A DNA stretch of 64,000 nt. Origin: Squalus acanthias (taxonomy: Eukaryota). A model generated the notes under the pieces. That model had not been told where the DNA came from. It made no database searches and worked only from the letters and a program-made list of their open reading frames with translations. Positions 11,689 through 23,501 of the stretch are shown here, piece by piece; the first letter of the stretch is position 1, and the number at the start of each line of letters is the position of its first letter. A program made the translations under genes and the position numbers. The stretch spans positions 118,298,001 through 118,362,000 of the forward strand of contig CM059431.1 of assembly GCA_030390025.1 (NCBI GenBank), given 5' to 3'.

Positions 11689-12292
11689 GGGATAGAAATT
11701 GGACCTTGATGCACCCATTTTATGAGCGTAATATGTGACCAATGAGGTTCAATTTCAGGCACCCCAATTCTGCGCCCCAAAAATGCCCGAAAGACATCCG
11801 ACCCGAAATTGGGTCAGGCCATTTTTCAGGCATGTCTGACAGCCACCTAAGACAGGTATTAAGTTTCCTTACCTATGTAAATGAGGGGGCTGATGCCTGT
11901 TTTAGACCTCCTCACAGAAATTGTGCTGGATAACCATCGGGCCTACCCTGGTCAGGATTCTTAAGTGGCCTCTGCGGCCAGGAGCGTCCCCCAACTCGCA
12001 GTATTCGCGATCACCTGCCCCACCCCACCCCCCAACCTGGCCCGTTGTCACTACCCCCTCCCCCATTGCGGGACTTACCTTTGGGCCGCTGACAGCGAGG
12101 CAGGTGGCCCGACATTCGTGCAGGCAAAATGGGTGAACTGCAAGTTGAGGCGCAATATGTTACTGGCAACTTGCCCAAATTAAGCAAATGAGGCCCAAGG
12201 CCCTATTTCAGGCGAACCTCGGGCCTTGCGATTGGGGCGCGCCCGTCTATTGGTTATGCATTCAAAAATGGGCCATAAACAATTTCTACCCC
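11689..12292. mobile_element. Harbinger-type MITE (604 bp)
   Basis: TIRs gggatagaaatt / aatttctacccc; flanks tat/taa; truncated relative at ~50109-50330. Confidence 0.75.
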
Positions 12293-12613
12293 TAAGATTC
12301 TATGGTCGGAAATTTTACCTTCTGACGCACTGGCAGCGGGGGAGCCCTGGATCGCATGGGGAACCCAGAAGTTTCAGCGGTACATTTTGCAGTGGCTTTT
12401 TAATGAAGCCACTACATTTACATCTGTCTTCCAGTTTTCCTGACAAATTAACTGGAACGGGTGTGATGATGTCACACATGGGTCCAATTCAGCTCAGGCA
12501 TTTAAAGGAGCACTGCAAAGATGAGAATTGAAGGTTGGTGGAGGTTGGAGAGACATTGATAGGAGAGAGATTGGTTTGGTTGGATAGAGTTTAATTTGAT
12601 TGGAGAACAAAAA

Positions 12614-14408
12614 ATGCAGTCTCAGCGTCTGAAAGCTGCCCTTCGATTTAATGATACCTCCCTGGAACTTCTGCTGCAAGGAGTTAGGGCCCACAGGGAA
12701 TTCCTATTCCCTGCTGATGGGAGGAAGAGGCCACCTGCTGAAACCAAGAAGGCATGACTGGAGATTGTGTCAGAAGTGAGCAGCAGGAGTGTGGTGGCCA
12801 GGTCCTGGATACAGTGCAGGAATAGATTTAATGACCTCATGAGGTCAGGAAAGGTGAGTAGAATGCCACAGTCAACTACATCCTGATGTGCGTGTCACCC
12901 CAAACCCTTCACTCTGCCTTCCCAAACCTACTCCTGCACATCACTCCTCACACCAACCTACCTTGCAGGTGCACCCATCCCTCACTGTCTATGCACTTAC
13001 TCACATCCCCATCTGACACTCACCATCATCTTAATGCAATATCATGCCTCTCCCTCATAGTCACCCTCTACAGATGTTGCCCATCCATCCGTTCCACTCA
13101 TTCCATGATTCTCACTCAAAGGTCTTTTGTTTCCCTTCTTGTAGGAGAAGAGAGCGCAGAATACCCGGGAGAGGCAGAGAAGCCAGGTGGTCCTCCAGTC
13201 ATGGCCACGCTGACTACAGCAGAGGAGGAGGCACTCAAGATAACTGGAGTATCAGCATTGATGTCGGTGGGAGATGGAGAGATTGGGAGCTCCCAGCCAG
13301 CTGGTGACCGAATTAAATATCACACAGCCACATGGCATACAACAGTCACTCATGTTGACTTGAAGTCAGCAGCCAGTGAAATATGATCATTTGCATAATG
13401 TTCACTAAAAGCATTCTTATCATGACAGTTCTAATTCATGTCTTTACTCTTCCACAGGCCCATCAAACATTCAACAGCCAGTCCAGCCAGAGGAGGAAGA
13501 AGACTCCTCAGAGGAGTTAACTAACTCTGAGGGTGCACTGTCACAGGACACATGCACACCAAGCACAAGCGCAGATACACACATGTCGGTGGGACCATTA
13601 AGTCAGATAGTTATGTTGTCACCTGATCACAGATCACATGTTAGCAAGAGCAGTTGGTGCAGACAGGGACAGCAGTGGAGAGTCCTCGTCGGAGGGTGCA
13701 GGACGCTCCAAGTGCTCCTCAGCTGGACACAGATGCTGAACCTCAGGGGCCGTCGACAAAGAGGATGATTCTGGAGGAGCAACAAAAAATGTGTGAGGCT
13801 CAGGCAGGATTTCCAGTCGCAATGTGCTCGCTTGCAGGGAGAATGGAGGAGTCCATCTCAAGCATGACTGGCATGATGTCGCAGGCCATGACTATGTGTT
13901 CGTCATGGAAAGGGTGGCCACCTGCATGGAGCACCAAACGCGGCAGTCAAACAAGTGCATGCTTGCCCTCACCAATAGCTTGCACACTCATAATGCCACC
14001 TTATGAAGGATGGATAGAAACCTAGACTTGGCTCTTCATCGCCCCACTGATGTGCAGCAAAGTGTTCTCCAGCTCCTTGCTAGCAGGGATGTGCGGGTGG
14101 ATCATGAGAGGGATGATGGTGAAAGGGGACATAGAAGTGGCGACTCTGCTCAAAGCGCTTCCACTTCTCCCTCGCTGCCCCCGCCTCGGTCAGAGCTCCA
14201 CATGCTGCCTCGTGTCCCGATGGCTGAGTCTGCCCCTGCACAGGTGCAGGAGGAGCAATCTTTGGCAGACCCTCACGGGCTCCAAAACCCAGAGGACATC
14301 AGCCAAAAGCACCTCAGCAGTCAGAGTAGGGAAGTGAGCAGCCTGCCTCCACCTCTGCTGAAGCCACAGGGGTTGCATAAAGTAGAAGTGGTAGGAAGAG
14401 GAAGATGA
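12614..14408 (+). pseudogene. Harbinger Myb/SANT-like DNA-binding gene, 3 exons (exon 1 12614-12853)
   Basis: MQSQRLKAALRFNDTSLELLLQGV...KKA*LEIVSEV..RSWIQCRNRFNDLMRSGK|gtgagt; exon 2 GGPP..TLTTAEEEAL; exon 3 frameshifted. Confidence 0.85.
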
Positions 14409-14699
14409 AAGAATTCTAGATTCACAAGGGTATGCACATGGGCGTGTTAGGCAATGTTGCACCGTTAAGGTTATGTTAATATTTGGAGGCACATTCAATT
14501 ATTTCTTTGCACCACTTTCCTGTCTTGCCCAATTTTGCCTGCTGCCTGGCAAGTGGCCTTGTCATTTGTAATGAATAGTAAAACATGACTTAACTGCACG
14601 CAATGGGTGTCTGTGAAAGGAATGGTTTGGTCATTGTAGGACTGCTTTGTGATTGGGGGGGAAAGTGGGTTCAGCATCTAAGTGCCAGATGGGTGCACT

Positions 14700-15926
14700 G
14701 GTGCAACCTAACTAAATCGTGCCATTATGTGGCCATCCCGGGCGGCAATGTACGCCCCTGCTGGTGCCATGTCCACATCAAGTTCTCCTCCTCCTCCTCC
14801 TGTTCCTCCTACTCCTCCTCCTGTTCCTCCTCCTCCTGTTCCTCCTCCTCTGCGCTCTGCGCCTTATTCCTCCAGCAGCTCCAATCCTCGTTGCTGCACT
14901 ATGTTGTGTAGCGTGCAACACATCACGATCATTCTGGAGACCCTGGCTGCTGCGTATTGAAGGGCTCCTCCAGATCTGTCCAGGCATCTGAAGCGCATCT
15001 TCAGCATCCCGACTGCTTGCTCTATTACACATCTCGTTGCCATTTGGCTTTGATTGTAATGCCCTTCTGCCTCATTGCTTGGCCTCCTCAAGGGTGTCAT
15101 CAGCCACATCTTCAGTGGTTACCCCTTGTCTCCAAGCAGCCAGCTGGTAAGTCTGGCCAGAGTTGCAGTGAGCTGAGGGAGGGTGGACTGGCGCAGGACG
15201 AATGAATCATGACAGCTCTCTCGGAATCTGGCAAACACGTGCTTGATGATCTTCTTATGGTTACAGACGAGCTGCACATTGATGGAGTGGAAGCCCTTAC
15301 AGTTCACAAACACTCCTGGGTGATCTGGGGGTGCCTTGATGGCCACATGTGTGCAGTCAATGATGCCCTGCACCTGTTGGAAGCCAGCTAGAGCTGCAAA
15401 GTCGAGCGCCCACTCATTCTGACTGGCTTCATCGGTGGCAAAGTCTACATAACTGCCTGCCCTGGCAAACATGGCATCGGTCAGCTAGGTGATGCATTTG
15501 TGGGCAGCCGTCTGCAAAATCCTGCAAATATTTCCTGCAGATCCCTGGAAGGCACCTAAGGCAAAGAAGTTGAGGGCGGTGGTAACTTTGACAGCCACTG
15601 GTAACGCGTGTCCACCAGGTCCACTTGGCAGCAGGACTTCAACCCCTGGCTAAAAATGTCTATCACGAACTGACGTGATAGCCTAAGCCTCCTGAGGCTC
15701 GGGTGTTCAGTCATGTCCAGGAAGCTGATCCTCTGCCTATATACCCTGTGTTGGGGGTATCAACTCCTGCAAGCTGCACCCCTGTACTCATCCCCACTCT
15801 TCAGTGTAGCGGTCGATGAGGAGAAGGCAGCTCCTGCTCCTGATGGTGCTGCTGGTGTTGTTGCTGCTGGTGCTCATCTTGGTCCTCATCTGAGGTCCAA
15901 GGTGAAACAGCATAAGTGGCACCCAT
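14700..15926 (-). pseudogene. Harbinger DDE transposase (HARBI1-like)
   Basis: ORF pieces IIDCTHVAIKAP, KGFHSINVQLVC, HDSFVL, WLLGDKG, VIEQAVGMLKMRFRCLD, CCTLHN; ATG at 15926-15924; broken by frameshifts. Confidence 0.92.
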
Positions 15927-15938
15927 GCTGATCTGATA

Positions 15939-16563
15939 CATCGTTGTCTACCTCATACGTTGCAGGAAAGAATGCACCGCGGCATGGTACATCGGCGAGA
16001 CCATGCAGACACTGAGACAACGTATGAACGGACACCGCGCAACAATCGCCAGGCAGGATTGTTACCTCCCAGTCGGGGAACACTTCAGCAGTCAAGGACA
16101 TTCAGCCTCGGATCTGCGGGTAAGCGTTCTCCAAGGCGGCCATCGAGACACACGACAACGCAAAATCATCGAGCAGAAACTGATAGCCAAGTTACGCACC
16201 CATGAGGACGGCCTCAACCGGGATCTCGGGTTCATGTCACACTACAGAACATGACTCGACATCGTTGTCTGTTTTTCCAGATTTAAAAAAAAAAGTTAAA
16301 AGCTTAACTGCAGATGGCAGCATTTGACACGTTGGACCCCCTGCGACCCACCTCATTGTCTTAGCTATACTCTGATGTGTCTTTGATGTAATGCCTCCCT
16401 AACAGATTGTATCTCTGCAGACACATTGTTCTATGTGTATATATACTGTCGATTTGTATTCCCTCACTGTACTTGTACCTGAAGAAGGAGCAGCGCTCCG
16501 AAAGCTCGTAATTTTAAATAAAACTGTTGGACTATAACCTGGTGTTGTGCGACGTCTCATTTT
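15939..16563 (+). mobile_element. Penelope-like retroelement 3' fragment (GIY-YIG endonuclease domain plus 3' terminus)
   Basis: Frame open 15940-16254: IVVYLIRCRKECTAAWYIGETMQTLRQRMNGHR...VGEHF...EQKLI...GLN; 10-bp TSD tgatctgata at 15929-15938 and 16564-16573; AATAAA near 16518. Confidence 0.9.
16476..16510 (+). ncRNA. Minimal type-I hammerhead ribozyme motif (Penelope-associated)
   Basis: tac CTGAAGA a ggagc-agc-gctcc GAAA gc TC gta: complete core, 5-bp stem II, loopless palindromic stem III, 3-bp stem I. Confidence 0.75.
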
Positions 16564-18339
16564 TGATCTGATATATGACAGATGCAAAGTGCAGATCAGG
16601 CGCACAATCCTCCAATGTAGTGAGTTGACCTCCAAAGTTGTAGAAATCGCTTGTAAACTCCTGAAAGCAAATTCTCAAAACAAGTGGTGTGAGCAAAAGC
16701 CTTTCTCTTAGGCAAGGAAGCAGGTGTGAGGTCTCAGTACTTAATGGGATTTTTTGACTGTCATTTGTTCAACCCCCTCAATTGCCACTCTGCTCTCGTC
16801 TTGCTTTCACTGGCGAGGTTCAGGAAGCCCAGGAATCCCGTGCACACCCAGTAAAAGTTGAAACCCCAGGTAAAAAAAAGACTTTTAATAGCCTCTTAAC
16901 TAGCTGTTAATTGCTTTAAATTGCTAACCCGCCTCTCCCGAGGGGGGGTTTGTTGCTCGCAGCCGAATGCGCTCCAGTTAAATGCGGAAGCTGGCGGGTT
17001 GAAACCGGCTTCCCGACACGCTGTTAATTTCAGCGTTTTTAACCTCCCACTCCCTCTTTGATGTTAAAATTCCAGCCAATGAATTTGAAATATCTTTAAT
17101 ATGTAACTAATAACCATGGGTTCTGAACCTAGCATCACTCTCCCCTGCTCGCCTTATTTATTTTCTCTGCCACCAAGTATATAGAAATGCTAATTTGATC
17201 TTTGAACTAAAGTCATTAGCATTGGCGCTATTTATGTAATGCTATTGGAACTAGGGTATAACTGTCACAGTAACAGTTTGCATACAGCATGGGCGTTCAC
17301 TTCTTTGACGCATGATTAATTCACTACCACATTCAGGAGTGACAGCTTTCCTCGTTTCACCTACACAGGTCTCATTATAAAAAAATCACTGCTAAAGATA
17401 CTGTGAATTGCTGATTGTTTTTTGTGCTTGTACTGTCTAAAAAACCTAATTTACATGGCTTCTTAATTAAGATTGAAATACTCCCTACAGTGCAAAGTAA
17501 CTCACCCATTTCCATTTTTTCCCATGAGCTGTTGTAGGTAATGTCTAGACTATTTGACTGTTGGAAAGCTGATTGACAGGTTAACTGAAACTAATTATAC
17601 ATCCAGCTTACAACTTAATGGTAGCTGCCCAACAAATACAAGTGGAATTTTCAGTTCTGATACTCGAGTCAGGTTTAAAACCCAACGTATCAGGGTTGTG
17701 TTATTTACTTTCCATTCCAGTCTGATGGTCATCAGTTTTGATTCTAATTCTAATTAATTTTCCAAGGAAGAAGGAAATAAAAATTTGCGAGCAACAGCTA
17801 ATGCCTTTACAAAAAGTTTATGACTTGTAGCAAATGTTACTTTCAAGCCAAGGCTCATCAATTCTTGGTTTTAGTATAAAGGTGGCTTCGAAGCTGCCTG
17901 GTGTTTTTGAATTTCAGGTTTCTATTGTATTATTTGGCATTTACTGTCCAAACTATTTAATCAGACAATTTACCATCGTCGGATGATCAGTGAGTACAGC
18001 AGAATGTGGGATTAGCTCCTTTAGTTTAGTAACTAAATGGGACAGGGATGTAGATTACTATATGATCGGTGAGATGGCACTTGTTATTATGGCAACAGTT
18101 TATAAAGTATCTTTGCTAATAGCTCAAATTTATTATCTATCTACCGTAAGGAATCTATTTTTGTCAGAAAGCTGAGAGTGCATTTATAATACAGAATGAG
18201 TGCTTAGTTTACAACAAGTTGTGGGAAGTTGTTTCCTTCACAACGTCACCTAAGTAGAACAGTGCAGTTGATTCCTACAGTGCTGAGAGAACTTTGTAGC
18301 CATGTTTGGTACAAATGAACTCTTATTCTACGGGTAGAT

Positions 18340-19640
18340 TGTCCCTCAGTGTGGAATCTTAGGCCCATGGAGCGGCAGACCTTATTGACTTTTACGAGAA
18401 AGTGACAACCAAGTGCATTATGGTAAACCGTGCAACATTGCGTATTTAGACTTCCAAAAGTAATTTGACAAAATTCCACACAAAAGGCTACTTGGCAAGC
18501 TCAAAGTTGTGGGAATTCAGGGTAAAACTTGAGAAATGGATAAAAACTGAACCGAAAAGTAGAAAAATGGGTTCTGGATTGAGGAATCAAGTCAGGATAT
18601 GAGTGGGGTGCCCATGACTCAGGGTTTGAACCATTTTTTTAAGAATGACTTGGATTCAGAATCTCAATGCAAAGTGGTCCTATTCACAGACAATATTAAA
18701 CCAGGAGGGACAGTGGAAGAAGGAGGCAAGACAGAAATTACAGAATGAGTAAAACAAAATATGCGAGTGTGCGGAACAGTAGCAGTTGAAATTTGACATA
18801 GACAAACATAGGTAGGAAAAATGGGCAGCATACATACCCCATGAATGGTGTTGAAATACCCAAGGAAGTAGTTGAAAGAGACCGAGGAGTCTTAGTAGAC
18901 TCGATGCTCAACGTGTCCAAATAATGCATAGCGGCAACAACAACAACAACAACAACATCTTGTATTTATATAGCGCCTTTAACATAGTAAAACGTCCCAA
19001 GGCGCTGCACAGGAGTATTTTAAGACAACAAATTTGACACCGATTCACATAAGGATAAATTAGGGCAGGTGACCAAAGCAACCAACAAAGTCAATAGACT
19101 GTTGAACTCCATAGCCAAAACAGTGGTATACAAGTCAGAGAAGAACAAAGTGTACTGTGCTCTGGTCAGTGATCAGCTTGAGTGATGTGTACAGTCAGAA
19201 ACAAGGGAATCATTAAGGTGCTGAATGCAGTGCAGAGAAGAACCACTAAATTGATTTCTGGTGTCAGGGATTTGAGTTATAAGGAAACATTAGCAAGACT
19301 TGGGTATTTCATCCAGGAAAGGAGGTATCTCGAGAGGTAATCTTATCGAGCTATTTAAGGTAGTAAATGGTATGGAAAAGGTTTATTTCAGAATACTACT
19401 TTAAATGAAACTGTGGAAGTAGAACAAGGAGACACAGATTCAAACCAGTAAAAGTCAATTTTAGGACTGATACCTGAAAGTTCTTCATGCACTAAGTGAT
19501 CAATACTTGGAATGAACTGCCAGCTAAAGTAGTAGAGGCAAAAACTCTGGAGTTATTTGAGAAACAATTCGATTCAGCAATAGGGTGGGGGACTTGGGTC
19601 TTACTGGACAGATGAATTAAGAATAGTACGTATCTTGTGA
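18340..19640 (+). mobile_element. Old degraded CR1 ORF2 3' half
   Basis: Recognisable YLDFQK..DKIPHKRLL, DLGVLVD-like and VQRRTTKLI motifs with many stops. Confidence 0.75.
18935..19080 (-). repeat. L2-type 3' end nested in CR1
   Basis: (CAA)n followed by the reverse complement of the L2 tail also seen at ~62400-62520. Confidence 0.75.
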
Positions 19641-20744
19641 TTTTATAATTGATATACATCAATTTCAAAGCAGCAGAATGTGTTCAGCTTCACCAGACTT
19701 GCCAGTAAGGGTCAGCACTGGAGGTTTATTAGTGGGAGGGATGGGGGAGTTGAGGGAGAACGGTTCTCTGCTGCAGCAAATTACTAGTGTCTCCATTTAT
19801 ATCTCTTTTCCAGATCACATATCCTCATTATAAAATCTGACAGTATTGCTGCATTCTGTGTGATGTCTGAAGCCGAGATATCCATGATTCACCAGAATGG
19901 CTGGAGTAAATGAAATCTAAACATATTTTTATTTCATTAAAAATTAAATGGAGGCATATCAATTTTTCAATTAAAAAAAAAATATTGCAATGTTTAAAAC
20001 TCATAAGAATGAGCTGGTGTTAGTAATCGACCTAAAGAAATGTATAGGGTGATAATCAAAGTGTGAATAATACTTTTTATAGTACCTTTCTGGGCAGAAT
20101 ATGGCATTGAAAATGAGTGAAGCAAGCGGAGGCATTTTGTATCTTTACAGATCATCAGCAAATACTCTGCATCCCATTATAACAATAATTCTTCAGAAGC
20201 ACCTACACATGAGCTTCAAATTTGGGATTTCTGCCAAATTATTGTAGTGTTTGCAACGTTATCGCCATTGCTTAATTTTAATAGACTTCCAGTGCGTTAA
20301 GAACATGTGCAGGGAACCTACCCGGCAGCACAATTGCCTTGGGAGTGACAGGAAATCCAGCAAGGCAGCCATCTTGAAGCACTGCTGCTTGCCATGAAAG
20401 GAGTGAGGTGTTGACTGACTAGAAAGCTCTGAGACGCAAGGGTAAATGCCTGACACAAGCATTGATAAATGACAGGCTTCGAGCTTGCAATATGTTTCCA
20501 GCGAGCAATGCAATTAGAAAATTGAACCAATTTTTTTGTGGTAAATTTGCCTTCCTAATCCTAAATTTGTGCCTTCCTGCTTTATCGGAATGTATTGTTT
20601 CAGGCTTATTTTTTCTATCCTGTTAAATGTCTTAAATTAAGGACATATCTGAGATGCCTCTTTTTAAGGCTGAACAAATCTAACTTAACAAATCATTTCT
20701 TATAGCACTTCCCTCAAACACAATGGATCACCCTTTTTTTATTT

Positions 20745-22912
20745 AAAATTAGTTCTCGGGATGTGGACATCGATGGCAATGCCAGCATTTATTGCTCATC
20801 CCTAGTTACCCGTGATACTGAATAGCTTTCTAGACCACTTCAGAGAGCAGTTAAGAGTCAACCACGTTGGTGTGGAGTCATACATAAGACTAAAAAAATA
20901 ATAGAGAGAGAAGATGAATTATGAGAGTAAGCTGGCAAGAAACATTAAAACAGATAGTAAGAGCTTCTACAGGTATATAAAAAGGAAGAGGGTAGCTAAA
21001 GTAAACGTTGATCCCTTAGAGGATGAGACTGGAGAATTAATAATGGGGAACAGGGAAATGGCAGAGACTCTGAACAAATATTTTGCAACTGTCTTCACTG
21101 TAGAAGACACTAACAACATCCCAATAATGGATATTCAAGGGGCCACAGGGAGTGGGGAACTAAAGACAATCACTATCACTAAGGAAATAGTACTCAGTAA
21201 AATAATGGGACTAAAAGACGACAAGTCCCCTGGACCAGATAGCCTGCATCCCAGGGTCTTAAATGAAGTGGCTGCAGAGATAGTGGATGCATTGGTTGCA
21301 ATATACCAAAATTCTCTGGACTCTGGAGAGGTCCCAGCAGATTGGAAAACCGCTAATGTAACACCCCTATTTAAGAAAGGAGGGAGACAGAAAGCAGGAA
21401 ACTATAAACCAGTTAGCCTAACATCTGTCGTTGGGAAAATGCTGGAGTCCTTCATTAAGGAAGCAATAGCAGGGCATTTAGAAAAAGATACTGCAGTCAA
21501 ACAGAGTTAGCATGGTTTTAGGAAAGTGAAATCATGTTTCACAAATTTGCTAGACGTCTTTGAGGATGTAACACGCTGGGTGGACAAGGGTGAGCCAGTG
21601 GATGTGGTGTATTTGGATTTCCAGAAGGCATTCAATAAGGTGCCACATAAAAGGTTACTGCATAAGATAAGAGCTCACGGAGTTGGGGGTAATATATTAG
21701 CATGGATAGAGAATTGGCTAACTAACAGAAAGCAGAGAGTCGGGATAAATGGGTCATTGTCTGGTTGGCAAACGGTAACTAGTGGGGTGCCACAAGGATT
21801 GGTGCTGGGGCCCCAACTATTTACAATCTACATTAATGACTTGGATGAAGGGATCGAGTGTAATGTAGCCAAGTTTGCGGATGATACAAAGTTGTGCAGA
21901 GGACTCAAAGAATCTGCAGGAAAAATAAAAAAGCAAACTATTATTTAAATGGAGAGAGATTACAAAATGCTACAGTTCAGAGGGACCTGGGGGTCCTTGT
22001 GCATGAAACACAAAAAGTTAGCATGCAGGTATAGCAAGTAATCAAAAAGGCAAATGGAATGTTGGCCTTTATTTCAAGGGGGTTGGAGTATAAAAGCAGG
22101 GAAGTCCTGCTACAACTGTACAAGGTATTGGTGAGACCACACCTTGAGTACTGCGGATAGTTTTGGTCTCCTTATTTAAGGAAGGATATACTTGCATTGG
22201 AGGCAGTTCAGAGACGATTCACTAGGTTAATTCCAGAGATGAGGGATTTGACTTATGAGGAAAGGTTGAGCAGGCTGGGCCTATACTCATTGGAGTTTAG
22301 TAGAATGAGAGGTGATCTTATCGAAACATATAAGATACTGAGGGGGCTTGACAGGGTAGATGCAGAGAGGATGTTTCCCCTCATGGGGAAATCTAGAACT
22401 CGGGGGCACAGTCTCAGAATAAAGGGTCGCCCTTTTAGAACTGAGATGAGGAGGAACTTCTTCTCTCAGAGGGTCGTAAATCTTTGGAATTCTCTGCCAC
22501 AGAGAGCTGTGGAGGCTGGGTCATTAAATACATTTAAGGTGGAGATAGACAAACTTTTGCAAGATAAGGGAGTGAAGGGTTATGGGGAGTGGGCTGGGAA
22601 GTGGCTTTGAGCCCAAGATCAGCCATGATCTTACTGAATGGCGGAGCAGGCTCAAGGGCCCAAGTGGCCTATTCCTGCTCCTATTTCTTATGTTCTTATG
22701 TCAGGCCGGGTAAGGACGGAAGATATACTTCCCTAAAGGATATTAGTGAACCAGTTGTTTTTTTTCGATAATCCATCAGTTTCATGGTCAATTTTACTGA
22801 TACCAGCATTTTATTTCCAGATTTTAAAAAACCTCAATTCTCAAAAAACCACGGTGGGATTTAAGTCTCTCAATTACTAGTCCAGTAACATAACCACTAC
22901 ACTACCGTATCC
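20745..22912 (-). mobile_element. Probable tRNA-derived SINE split by a CR1 insertion (parts ~20745-20880 and ~22700-22912)
   Basis: Reverse complement starts with an A-box-like head (ggtagtgtagtggttatgttactggactagtaa); its tail resembles the LINE 3' end at ~60470-60540. Confidence 0.55.
20885..22700 (+). mobile_element. CR1 LINE, 5'-truncated ORF2 (RT) pseudogene
   Basis: ORFs 20914-21510, 21526-21948 and 22197-22610: [44 protein letters not shown]; (TTCTTATG)n tail. Confidence 0.95.
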
Positions 22913-22989
22913 AATTGTTGTTTTCTTCTGCACTGCCTCTGGGGCCTGCATAGTACCCTTGTGTAGGGACAACCAGAACTCCATGCAAA

Positions 22990-23140
22990 TCAAAATACTG
23001 CGAATGCTGGAAATCAGAAATAAAAACAGAAAATGCTGGAAATACTCAGCAGGTCAGGCAGCATCTGTAGAGGAAGAAACAGAGTTAACATTTCAGGTCG
23101 ATGACCTTTCGTCAGAACTGGAAAAAGTTAGAGAGATAAC
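22990..23140 (-). mobile_element. Hammerhead-bearing short retroposon copy, split by a Harbinger (resumes ~27020-27041)
   Basis: Reverse complement reads agttCTGACGAaaggtcatcgacctGAAAtgTTaact followed by the shared 3' end. Confidence 0.8.
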
Positions 23141-23501
23141 GGGGGAGAAATTTGGTATCGCCCCGTTTGGGGCGCAATTATCGACCGGGCGCAAAGTTTA
23201 GCGCCTGCCACTAATTATCGCCTCCGACTGCAAACTTGGCTTTTATCGCCCCTGGAGGTGAATGGAGCGCTAAATCAGGCACTACACACCTGTCTTAAGG
23301 CGCAAAGGCCGAGGAGCAAGGTGCTAACTCAGAGCACGGGCGAAGCTCAGGTTATGTCAGTTAGCAATGGAAGACAGACACACTGGCGCCGGCCAGTTCT
23401 TAAAGGGGAGTGTTGATCTTGCTCTTCAGCCAGACCCTGCTAATTGCAGGCTTGATTCTCGTCATGGACAGACCTGTGCCAAAATTTTCCAGCCAAGGAC
23501 T

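Larger units (their letters stand above)
12304..17077 (+). mobile_element. Two-gene Harbinger transposon (decayed), with a nested Penelope insertion
   Basis: Ends ggtcggaaattt / aaaattccagcc; flanks tat/aat; Myb gene on +, transposase on -. Confidence 0.85.
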
